Assembly: GCA_965218285.1 (NCBI GenBank)
Contig: OZ244616.1
Span: 5,635,757-5,699,756 of the forward strand
DNA from: Candidatus Poribacteria bacterium
GTDB taxonomy: Bacteria > Poribacteria > WGA-4E > WGA-3G
Direction of reading: 5' to 3'
DNA length: 64,000 nucleotides
In this document: positions 16,412-25,496 of the stretch, in pieces
Layout: each line of letters opens with the position of its first letter
Numbering within the stretch: position 1 is the stretch's first letter
Position numbers and translations under genes: made by a program
The notes under the pieces: generated by a model
The model's database searches: none
Told to the model about the DNA's origin: nothing
Seen by the model: only the letters and a program-made list of their open reading frames with translations

Positions 16412-19400
16412 CTACTGATTTGCTTGGACAATTTCCGCGTGTGTTTTACCGAAATAGGAGGCAACCTGAACGAGGTCAAGGATATTTACCTCACCATCCA
16501 TGTTCACATCGCCAGAAAGTCCTTCGCCAGATTCGCCGAATTGGTTTGCAACCGCAACCAAATCCAAGATATTCACCGTGCCATCTGCATTGAGATCCCA
16601 CGGCACTGGTTCAATCGTAGTATTAGTTGTAAGTTCAGCAGTTTTCGTGCTATCACCTTGCGAAGTTGCCGTAACTTTGGTTTCATATTCACCTGGTTTT
16701 GTGAAGAAATCACCTGCTGCTGTAAATATAACTTCAGCAGAAGCACCGGCAGCAAGCATAATTTCCAACTGACTTGTAGTAGGTTCCTGATCGGCAGATT
16801 CACTGAATGATCCAAGGACGCTACCTTCAATGCCTACTTCAGCAGAAGATCCAAGCACTACCGTATCTTCTGTGTTACCGGTGTTTGTCACTGTGAGGGT
16901 ATAACTGACACCTGCAAGCATATCCATCGTTGCGCCTTTGAGTTCACCTTCACTTTGCAACGTAACGCCGTAAACAGGGAGAATAGTTGTCTTTGTTGAA
17001 ACCTCCGCAGTTTTCGTGCTATCGCCTTGCGAAGTAGCCGTGACTTTGATTTCATATTCACCTGGTTTTGTGAAGAAATCACCTGCTGCTGTAAATATAA
17101 CTTCAGCAGAAGCACCGGCAGCAAGCATAATCTCCAACTGATTTGTAGTAGGTTCCTGATCGTCAGATTGGCTGAATGAACCAAGAACACTCCCTTCAAT
17201 CCCAAACTCTGCAGAAGATCCAAGCACTACCGTATCTTCTGTATTACCGGTGTTTGTCACTGTGAGGGTATAACTGACACCTGCAAGCATATCCATCGTT
17301 GTGCCTGTGAGTTCACCTTCACCTGTCAATGTAACACCATAAACAGGGAGAATAGTCGTGTTCGTTGAAATCACAGCAGTTTTCTTGCTATCACCTTGCG
17401 AAGTTGCTGTAACTTTGATTTCATATTCACCTGGTTTTGTGAAGAAATCACCTGCTGCTGTAAATATAACTTCAGCAGAAGCACCGGCAGCAAGTATAAT
17501 CTCCAACTGACTTGTAGTAGGTTCCTGATCGGCAGATTGGCTGAACGAACCAAGAACACTCCCTTCAATCCCAAACTCTGCAGAAGATCCAAGCACTACC
17601 GTATCTTCTGTATTACCGGTGTTTGTCACTGTGAGGGTATAACTGACACCTGCAAGCATATCCATCGTTGCGCCTTTGAGTTCACCTTCACTTTGCAACG
17701 TAACGCCGTAAACAGGGAAAACAGGGAGAATAGTTGTCTTTGTTGAAACCTCAGCAGTTTTCTCGGTATCGCCTTGCGAAGTAGCCGTAACTTTGATTTC
17801 ATATTCACCTGGTTTTGTGAAGAAATCACCTGCTGCTGTAAATATAACTTCAGCAGAAGCACCGGCAGCAAGCATAATCTCCAACTGATTTGTAGTAGGT
17901 TCCTGATCGGCAGATTCACTGAATGATCCAAGGACGCTACCTCCAATGCCTACTTCAGCAGAAGATCCAAGCACTACCGTATCGTCTGTATTACCGGTGT
18001 TTGTCACTGTGAGGGTATAACTGACACCTGCAAGCATATCCATCGTTGTGCCTTTGAGTTCACCTTCACCTGTCAATGTAACACCGTAAACAGGGAGAAT
18101 AGTCGTGTTTGTTGAAACCTCAGCAGTTTTCGTGCTATCACCTTGCGAAGTTGCCGTAACTTTGGTTTCATATTCACCTGGTTTTGTGAAGAAATCACCT
18201 GCTGCTGTAAATATAACTTCAGCAGAAGCACCGGCAGCAAGCATAATTTCCAACTGACTTGTAGTAGGTTCCTGATCGTCAGATTCACTGAACGAACCGA
18301 GAACACTCCCTCCAATCCCAAACTCTGCAGAAGATCCAAGCACTACCGTATCTTCTGTATTACCGGTGTTTGTCACTGTGAGGGTATAACTGACACCTGC
18401 AAGCATATCCATCGTTGCGCCTTTGAGTTCACCTTCACTTTGCAACGTAACGCCGTAAACAGGAAGAATAGTTGTCTTTGTTGAAATCACAGCAGTTTTC
18501 GTTTTATCGACTTGTGAGGTTGCTGTAACGTTAACTTCGTACTGACCAGCAATCGCAAGGTCATCACCGGAAATCGTTAATATTATTTCTGCTGAAGCCC
18601 CCGCGGCAAGCGATACAACGGTCTGACTTAAGGTAGCAGCATCACCTGACGTTGTTAAATCTATCACGTCATCTGTGTTACTAATATTTGTGATTTTGAG
18701 GGTATAACTGACACCTTCCCTTGCATCAGATGTCTCGGTGGTCAAGACTCCTACGCCAACTAACGTAACACCATGAACAGGAAGAATAGTTGTGGTCGTT
18801 GAGACCGCAGCCGTTTTCGTGTTATCTCCCTGTGAGGTAGCTGTAACTTTGACTTCATAATCCCCTGCAGTTGTAAGCACAGCATCGGAAACAGTCAATG
18901 TCACTTCAGTTGAAGCACCCGCGGCAAGCGAGACAGATGTTTCACTTAAGGTCGCTGTGGCATCGCCTGACGTTGATAAATCTACAACGTCATCTGTGTT
19001 GCCGGTGTTCGCGATGGTGAGCATATAACTGATACCTTCACTTGCATCAGATATTTTAGTAGTCAACTCATCTACACCTGCTAACGTAACACCATAAACA
19101 GGGAGAATAGTTGTGTTCGTTGAAATCACAGCAGTTTTCGTTTTATCGACTTGTGAGGTTGCTGTAATCTTAACTTCGTAGTTGCCTGCTGTCGCAAGGG
19201 CATCACCAGAAAGCGTTATTGTTACTTCCGCAGAAGCACCCGCAGCAAGCGACACAGATGTCTGACTCAAGATAGCAGCATCATCTGATGATGTTAAATC
19301 AATGACGTCATCTGTATTCCCAGTGTTCGTGGCGGTGAGCATATAACTGACGCCTTCACTTGCATCAGTTGTTTCACTGGTCAATTCACCTACGCCTGCT

Positions 19401-22400
19401 AACGTAACACCATAAATCGGGAGAATAGTTGTTTGGGTTGTGACCTCAGCCGTTTTCTCCTCATCCCCTTGTGAGGTTGCTGTAACGTTAACTTCGTAGT
19501 TGCCTGCTGTCGCAAGGGCATCACCAGAAAGCGTTATTGTTACTTCCGTAGAAGCACCTCCGGCAAGCGACACGGATGCCTGACTCAATGTAGCAGCATC
19601 ATTTGATGATGTTAAATCAATGACGTCATCTGTATTCCCCGTGTTCGTGGCGGTGAGCATATAACTGACACCTTCCCTTGCATCAGATGTCTCGGTGGTC
19701 AAGACTCCTATGCCAACTAACGTAACACCATGAACAGGAAGAATAGTTGTGGTCGTTGAGACCGCAGCCGTTTTCGTGTTATCTCCCTGTGAGGTAGCTG
19801 TAACTTTGACTTCATAATCCCCTGCAGTTGTAAGCACAGCATCGGAAACAGTCAATGTCACTTCAGTTGAAGCACCCGCGGCAAGCGAGACAGATGTTTC
19901 ACTTAAGGTCGCTGTGGCATCGCCTGACGTTGATAAATCTACAACGTCATCTGTGTTGCCGGTGTTCGCGATGGTGAGCATATAACTGATACCTTCACTT
20001 GCATCAGATATTTTAGTAGTCAACTCATCTACACCTGCCAACGTAACACCATAAACAGGAAGAATAGTCGTTTGGGTTGTGACCTCAGCAGTTTTCTCCT
20101 CATCCCCTTGTGAGGTTGCTGTAACGTTAACTTCGTAGTTGCCTGCTGTCGCAAGGGCATCACCAGAAAGCGTTATTGTTACTTCCGTAGAAGCACCTCC
20201 GGCAAGCGACACGGATGCCTGACTCAATGTAGCAGCATCATTTGATGATGTTAAATTGATGACGTCATCTGTGTTTCCAGTGTTCGTTATGGTGAGCGTA
20301 TAGGTGACACCTTTACTTGCATCAGATGTTTCGGTCATCAAATCGCCTACACTTGCCAACGTGACACCGTAAACAGGAAGAATAGTCGTGGTTGTTGTAA
20401 CCACAGACGACATCGTGCTATCGCCTTGCGAGGTAGCGGTAACCGTAACTTCGTAGTCCCCCGCTGTCGCGAGGTCATCACCGGAAGTCGTTATCGTTAC
20501 TTCCGCAGAAGCACCTGCAGCAAGCGAGACAGAAGTCTGACTCAATGTAGCAGCATCATTTGATGATGTTAAATTGATGACGTCATCTGTGTTTCCAGTG
20601 TTCGTGGCGGTGAGCATATAACTGATGCCTTCACTTGCATCAGATGTTTTACTGGTCAATTCACCTACGCCTGCTAACGTAACACCGTAAACAGGAAGAA
20701 TCTTCGTGTTCGTTGAGACTTCTGACGACATCGTGTTATCGCCTTGCGAGGTAGCGGTAACCGTAACTTCGTAGTCCCCCGCTGTCGCGAGGTCATCACC
20801 GGAAGTCGTTATCGTTACTTCCGCAGAGGCACCCGCAGCAAGCGACACAGATGTCTGACTCAAGATAGCAGCATCATCTGACGTTGTTAAATCAATGACG
20901 TCATCTGTGTTGCCGGTGTTCGTGGCGGTGAGCATATAACTGATACCTTCACTTGCATCAGATGTTTTAGTAGTCAACTCATCTACACCTGCCAAGGTAA
21001 CGCCATAAACAGGGAGAATAGTCGTGGTCGTTGAGACCTCAGCCGTTTTCTCCTCGTCCCCTTGCGATGTCGCGGTAACCTTGACTTCATAATCGCCCGC
21101 TGTCGCGAGGTCATCACCAGAAATCGTTATTGTCACTTCCGCAGAAGCACCTGCAGCAAGCGACACAGAAGTCTGACTCAATGTAGCAGCATCACCTGAC
21201 GTTGTTAAATCTATCACGTCATCTGTGTTGCCGGTGTTCGTGACGGTAAGCATATAACTGACACCTTCACTTGCATCAGATGTTTCAGTGGTCAACTCAC
21301 CCACACCGGCTAATGTAACGCCGTAAACAGGGAGAATAGTTGTCTTTGTTGAAACCTCCGCAGTTTTCGTGCTATCGCCTTGCGAAGTAGCCGTGACTTT
21401 GATTTCATATTCACCTGGTTTTGTGAAGAAATCACCTGCTGCTGTAAATATAACTTCAGCAGAAGCACCGGCAGCAAGCATAATCTCCAACTGACTTGTA
21501 GTAGGTTCCTGATCGTCAGATTGGCTGAACGAACCAAGAACACTCCCTTCAATCCCAAACCCTGCAGAAGATCCAAGCACTACCGTATCTTCTGTATTAC
21601 CGGTGTTTGTCACTGTGAGGGTATAACTGACACCTGCAAGCATATCCATCGTTGCGCCTTTGAGTTCACCTTCACTTTGCAACGTAACGCCGTAAACAGG
21701 GAGAATAGTTGTCTTTGTTGAAACCTCCGCAGTTTTCGTGCTATCGCCTTGCGAAGTAGCCGTGACTTTGATTTCATATTCACCTGGTTTTGTGAAGAAA
21801 TCACCTGCTGCTGTAAATATAACTTCAGCAGAAGCACCGGCAGCAAGCATAATCTCCAACTGACTTGTAGTAGGTTCCTGATCGTCAGATTGGCTGAACG
21901 AACCGAGAACACTCCCTTCAATCCCAAACTCAGCAGAAGATCCAAGCACTACCGTATCTTCTGTATTACCGGTGTTTGTCACTGTGAGGGTATAACTGAC
22001 ACCTGCAAGCATATCCATCGTTGCGCCTTTGAGTTCACCTTCACTTTGCAACGTAACGCCATAAACAGGGAGAATAGTTGTGTTCGTTGAAATCACAGCA
22101 GTTTTCGTTTTATCGACTTGCGAGGTTGCTGTAATCTTAACTTCGTAGTCACCTGCTGTCGCAAGGGCATCACCGGAAGTCGTTATCGTTACTTCCGCAG
22201 AAGCACCTGCAGCAAGCGAGACAGAAGTCTGACTCAATGTAGCAGCATCATTTGATGATGTTAAATTGATGACGTCATCTGTGTTTCCAGTGTTCGTTAT
22301 GGTGAGCGTATAGGTGACACCTTCACTTGCATCAGATGTTTCGGTCATCAAATCGCCTATACTTGCCAACGTGACACCGTAAACAGGAAGAATAGTCGTG

Positions 22401-25378
22401 GTTGTTGTAACCACAGACGACATCGTGCTATCGCCTTGCGAGGTAGCGGTAACCGTAACTTCGTAGTCCCCCGCTGTCGCGAGGTCATCACCGGAAGTCG
22501 TTATCGTTACTTCCGCAGAGGCACCCGCAGCAAGCGACACAGATGTCTGACTCAAGATAGCAGCATCATCTGACGTTGTTAAATCTATCACGTCATCTGT
22601 GTTGCCGGTGTTCGTGACGGTAAGCATATAACTGACACCTTCACTTGCATCAGATGTTTCAGTGGTCAACTCACCCACACCGGCTAATGTAACGCCGTAA
22701 ACAGGGAGAATAGTTGTCTTTGTTGAAACCTCCGCAGTTTTCGTGCTATCGCCTTGCGAAGTAGCCGTGACTTTGATTTCATATTCACCTGGTTTTGTGA
22801 AGAAATCACCTGCTGCTGTAAATATAACTTCAGCAGAAGCACCGGCAGCAAGCATAATCTCCAACTGACTTGTAGTAGGTTCCTGATCGTCAGATTGGCT
22901 GAACGAACCAAGAACACTCCCTTCAATCCCAAACCCTGCAGAAGATCCAAGCACTACCGTATCTTCTGTATTACCGGTGTTTGTCACTGTGAGGGTATAA
23001 CTGACACCTGCAAGCATATCCATCGTTGCGCCTTTGAGTTCACCTTCACTTTGCAACGTAACGCCGTAAACAGGAAGAATAGTTGTCTTTGTTGAAACCT
23101 CAGCAGTTTTCTCGGTATCGCCTTGCGAAGTAGCCGTGACTTTGATTTCATATTCACCTGGTTTTGTGAAGAAATCACCTGCTGCTGTAAATATAACTTC
23201 AGCAGAAGCACCGGCAGCAAGCATAATTTCCAACTGACTTGTAGTAGGTTCCTGATCGTCAGATTGGCTGAACGAACCGAGAACACTCCCTTCAATCCCA
23301 AACTCAGCAGAAGATCCAAGCACTACCGTATCTTCTGTATTACCGGTGTTTGTCACTGTGAGGGTATAACTGACACCTGCAAGCATATCCATCGTTGCGC
23401 CTTTGAGTTCACCTTCACTTTGCAACGTAACGCCGTAAACAGGGAGAATAGTTGTCTTTGTTGAAACCTCCGCAGTTTTCGTGCTATCGCCTTGCGAAGT
23501 AGCCGTGACTTTGATTTCATATTCACCTGGTTTTGTGAAGAAATCACCTGCTGCTGTAAATATAACTTCAGCAGAAGCACCGGCAGCAAGCATAATTTCC
23601 AACTGACTTGTAGTAGGTTCCTGATCGTCAGATTGGCTGAACGAACCGAGAACACTCCCTTCAATCCCAAACCCTGTAGAAGATCCAAGCACTACCGTAT
23701 CTTCTGTATTACCGGTGTTTGTCACTGTGAGGGTATAACTGACACCTGCAAGCATATCCATCGTTGCGCCTTTGAGTTCACCTTCACTTTGCAACGTAAC
23801 GCCGTAAACAGGGAGAATAGTTGTCTTTGTTGAAACCTCCGCAGTTTTCTCGGTATCGCCTTGCGAGGTTGCTGTGACTTTGATTTCATATTCACCTGGT
23901 TTTGTGAAGAAATCACCTGCTGCTGTAAATATAACTTCAGCAGAAGCACCGGCAGCAAGCATAATCTCCAACTGACTTGTAGTAGGTTCCTGATCGTCAG
24001 ATTGGCTGAACGAACCGAGAACACTCCCTTCAATCCCAAACCCTGTAGAAGATCCAAGCACTACCGTATCGTCTGTATTACCGGTGTTTGTCACTGTGAG
24101 GGTATAACTGACACCTGCAAGCATATCCATCGTTGCGCCTTTGAGTTCACCTTCACTTTGCAACGTAACGCCGTAAACAGGGAGAATAGTCGTTGTGGTC
24201 GTGATTTCAGCGGTCTTTGCGTTATCGCCTTGCGAGGTTGCTGTGACTTTTGCCGCATAATCACCAGCAGTGGCAAGCGAAGAACCGGGGATCGTCAATA
24301 CGACATTCTCTGAAGCACCTGCAGCGAGCGGGACAGAAGTTTTGTTTAATGTAGCTTTAGCGATGCCCGATACTGCTAAACTTATCTTATCGCTTGTATT
24401 CCCGGTGTTTGTGACTCGGAGGGTATACTTCATTCCACCACTTGCATCTGTCGTTTCGGTTGTCAAGTCACTTACCCCTGTTAACGTAACCTCATAAACA
24501 GGAGGAACAGTCGTTGTGGTCGTAACTTCTGCAGTTTTCGTGCTATCTCCCTGGGAGGTTGCCTTAACCTTGACTTCATAATCGCCTGCTGTTGTCAAAA
24601 CATTACCGGAAACGGTCAATGTTACGTTCCTTGCAGCACCTGCATCAAGCGGGACAGTGGTTGGACTTAGGGTAGCAGAAGCATCGCCTGAAGTACTCAA
24701 ATTTATCGTATCGTTTGTATTACCGGTATTTGTGACCTTGAGTGTATATGTGACTGCAGCACTTGCATCTGTTGTTTGGGTTGTCAAAGAGCCTACGCCG
24801 GCTAACATAACACCGTAAACAGGAACTTCTGATGTGTTACTTTGGGTATAGATGTAATCACCCGATGTGCGAAAATCGCCATTTGCAGCGTTTCCTGTAG
24901 CATAAAACGTAATAGGTCCCACATCATTAGTAGGGGCAGTCCATTTAAACGTCCACTGGTTTTTGTCTCTTGTTCCGCTTGCACTTCCTTGAGTAGTCTG
25001 CTTAATATATTGTTTACTGTTTGCTGCTGTAACCTGTGTATTCCCATTATTCGCTGGAGTAAAGGTGCCAGCACGTGCGCCATTGCCGTTCAGCGCGGTC
25101 ATCTCAAATCCCCATCGACTTTGCCCGGAACGTGATAAATCAACAACAATATCATACATCTCACCCGGCAAATAGGTTCTAGGGACTCCTAACATCAGTG
25201 AACCACCTGCAGCGTTCAGATCGTTGCCGACGTGGCAGTTTTTACAGGTGCCTTCACCGGGAGCTTCAGTTAGTCCATCTGGTGGACCACTAGAAAAAGC
25301 AAATACACTGCTGTTGCTTGCAGCAAAAAAGAACACCATTACACTGCAAATAGAAAAGATTTTTTTCAGATAATTCAA
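16412..25378 (-). CDS. giant secreted repeat protein (2988 aa). Signal peptide, then an N-terminal about 170-aa domain with a CxxCH motif (PSCyt1-like). Then about 25 tandem CARDB/DUF11-like Ig-fold repeats of two subtypes (about 100 and 115 aa). C-terminal type-I dockerin.
   Basis: SP MNYLKKIFSICSVMVFFFAASNSSVFA. Motif GTCKNCHVG....GGSLML. Repeat consensus PVYGVTL..G.L....SDAS.GVSYTLTVTNTGNTDD...L.....A.LS..SVSLAAGAS.EVT.T.SGD.L.TAG.YEV.VTATSQ. C-terminal DLNADGTVNILDLVAVANQFG ... DVNMDGEVNILDLVQVASYFG (duplicated calcium-binding dockerin segments). Confidence 0.8.
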   Translation of the reverse strand: MNYLKKIFSICSVMVFFFAASNSSVFAFSSGPPDGLTEAPGEGTCKNCHVGNDLNAAGGSLMLGVPRTYLPGEMYDIVVDLSRSGQSRWGFEMTALNGNGARAGTFTPANNGNTQVTAANSKQYIKQTTQGSASGTRDKNQWTFKWTAPTNDVGPITFYATGNAANGDFRTSGDYIYTQSNTSEVPVYGVMLAGVGSLTTQTTDASAAVTYTLKVTNTGNTNDTINLSTSGDASATLSPTTVPLDAGAARNVTLTVSGNVLTTAGDYEVKVKATSQGDSTKTAEVTTTTTVPPVYEVTLTGVSDLTTETTDASGGMKYTLRVTNTGNTSDKISLAVSGIAKATLNKTSVPLAAGASENVVLTIPGSSLATAGDYAAKVTATSQGDNAKTAEITTTTTILPVYGVTLQSEGELKGATMDMLAGVSYTLTVTNTGNTDDTVVLGSSTGFGIEGSVLGSFSQSDDQEPTTSQLEIMLAAGASAEVIFTAAGDFFTKPGEYEIKVTATSQGDTEKTAEVSTKTTILPVYGVTLQSEGELKGATMDMLAGVSYTLTVTNTGNTEDTVVLGSSTGFGIEGSVLGSFSQSDDQEPTTSQLEIMLAAGASAEVIFTAAGDFFTKPGEYEIKVTATSQGDSTKTAEVSTKTTILPVYGVTLQSEGELKGATMDMLAGVSYTLTVTNTGNTEDTVVLGSSAEFGIEGSVLGSFSQSDDQEPTTSQLEIMLAAGASAEVIFTAAGDFFTKPGEYEIKVTATSQGDTEKTAEVSTKTTILPVYGVTLQSEGELKGATMDMLAGVSYTLTVTNTGNTEDTVVLGSSAGFGIEGSVLGSFSQSDDQEPTTSQLEIMLAAGASAEVIFTAAGDFFTKPGEYEIKVTATSQGDSTKTAEVSTKTTILPVYGVTLAGVGELTTETSDASEGVSYMLTVTNTGNTDDVIDLTTSDDAAILSQTSVSLAAGASAEVTITTSGDDLATAGDYEVTVTATSQGDSTMSSVVTTTTTILPVYGVTLASIGDLMTETSDASEGVTYTLTITNTGNTDDVINLTSSNDAATLSQTSVSLAAGASAEVTITTSGDALATAGDYEVKITATSQVDKTKTAVISTNTTILPVYGVTLQSEGELKGATMDMLAGVSYTLTVTNTGNTEDTVVLGSSAEFGIEGSVLGSFSQSDDQEPTTSQLEIMLAAGASAEVIFTAAGDFFTKPGEYEIKVTATSQGDSTKTAEVSTKTTILPVYGVTLQSEGELKGATMDMLAGVSYTLTVTNTGNTEDTVVLGSSAGFGIEGSVLGSFSQSDDQEPTTSQLEIMLAAGASAEVIFTAAGDFFTKPGEYEIKVTATSQGDSTKTAEVSTKTTILPVYGVTLAGVGELTTETSDASEGVSYMLTVTNTGNTDDVIDLTTSGDAATLSQTSVSLAAGASAEVTITISGDDLATAGDYEVKVTATSQGDEEKTAEVSTTTTILPVYGVTLAGVDELTTKTSDASEGISYMLTATNTGNTDDVIDLTTSDDAAILSQTSVSLAAGASAEVTITTSGDDLATAGDYEVTVTATSQGDNTMSSEVSTNTKILPVYGVTLAGVGELTSKTSDASEGISYMLTATNTGNTDDVINLTSSNDAATLSQTSVSLAAGASAEVTITTSGDDLATAGDYEVTVTATSQGDSTMSSVVTTTTTILPVYGVTLASVGDLMTETSDASKGVTYTLTITNTGNTDDVINLTSSNDAATLSQASVSLAGGASTEVTITLSGDALATAGNYEVNVTATSQGDEEKTAEVTTQTTILPVYGVTLAGVDELTTKISDASEGISYMLTIANTGNTDDVVDLSTSGDATATLSETSVSLAAGASTEVTLTVSDAVLTTAGDYEVKVTATSQGDNTKTAAVSTTTTILPVHGVTLVGIGVLTTETSDAREGVSYMLTATNTGNTDDVIDLTSSNDAATLSQASVSLAGGASTEVTITLSGDALATAGNYEVNVTATSQGDEEKTAEVTTQTTILPIYGVTLAGVGELTSETTDASEGVSYMLTATNTGNTDDVIDLTSSDDAAILSQTSVSLAAGASAEVTITLSGDALATAGNYEVKITATSQVDKTKTAVISTNTTILPVYGVTLAGVDELTTKISDASEGISYMLTIANTGNTDDVVDLSTSGDATATLSETSVSLAAGASTEVTLTVSDAVLTTAGDYEVKVTATSQGDNTKTAAVSTTTTILPVHGVTLVGVGVLTTETSDAREGVSYTLKITNISNTDDVIDLTTSGDAATLSQTVVSLAAGASAEIILTISGDDLAIAGQYEVNVTATSQVDKTKTAVISTKTTILPVYGVTLQSEGELKGATMDMLAGVSYTLTVTNTGNTEDTVVLGSSAEFGIGGSVLGSFSESDDQEPTTSQLEIMLAAGASAEVIFTAAGDFFTKPGEYETKVTATSQGDSTKTAEVSTNTTILPVYGVTLTGEGELKGTTMDMLAGVSYTLTVTNTGNTDDTVVLGSSAEVGIGGSVLGSFSESADQEPTTNQLEIMLAAGASAEVIFTAAGDFFTKPGEYEIKVTATSQGDTEKTAEVSTKTTILPVFPVYGVTLQSEGELKGATMDMLAGVSYTLTVTNTGNTEDTVVLGSSAEFGIEGSVLGSFSQSADQEPTTSQLEIILAAGASAEVIFTAAGDFFTKPGEYEIKVTATSQGDSKKTAVISTNTTILPVYGVTLTGEGELTGTTMDMLAGVSYTLTVTNTGNTEDTVVLGSSAEFGIEGSVLGSFSQSDDQEPTTNQLEIMLAAGASAEVIFTAAGDFFTKPGEYEIKVTATSQGDSTKTAEVSTKTTILPVYGVTLQSEGELKGATMDMLAGVSYTLTVTNTGNTEDTVVLGSSAEVGIEGSVLGSFSESADQEPTTSQLEIMLAAGASAEVIFTAAGDFFTKPGEYETKVTATSQGDSTKTAELTTNTTIEPVPWDLNADGTVNILDLVAVANQFGESGEGLSGDVNMDGEVNILDLVQVASYFGKTHAEIVQANQ
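16860..24230. repeat. intragenic tandem repeats, about 300-345 nt units, many copies more than 95% identical at nucleotide level (e.g. 21310-21576 equals 22684-22950)
   Basis: Identical antisense ORF artefacts recur every about 340/370 nt in the ORF track. Direct sequence comparison confirms this. Confidence 0.85.
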
Positions 25379-25496
25379 AACGTCTCCTTATGCATGTACG
25401 CGAAAAAACGCCCCACCGCCGACGCCAATTGGGTTGATTCGCAATCGGAAAACCAGCAGTCGGGGCGTTTTTGTTAAAACGTCTAAGTCACTAAAC

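Noticed and set aside
16500-24500. Dozens of 60-150-aa ORFs on both strands inside the giant gene (e.g. 16888-17223, 21380-21721, 23861-24313)
   Set aside because: They recur with the repeat period and are frame artefacts of the CARDB-like repeats. They are low-complexity Cys/Leu-rich translations with no independent start or RBS context.
24870-25300. Calling the giant protein a c-type cytochrome
   Set aside because: There is a single CxxCH with no second heme-ligand context that I can verify. Kept only as a hypothesis in the findings, not as a feature call.
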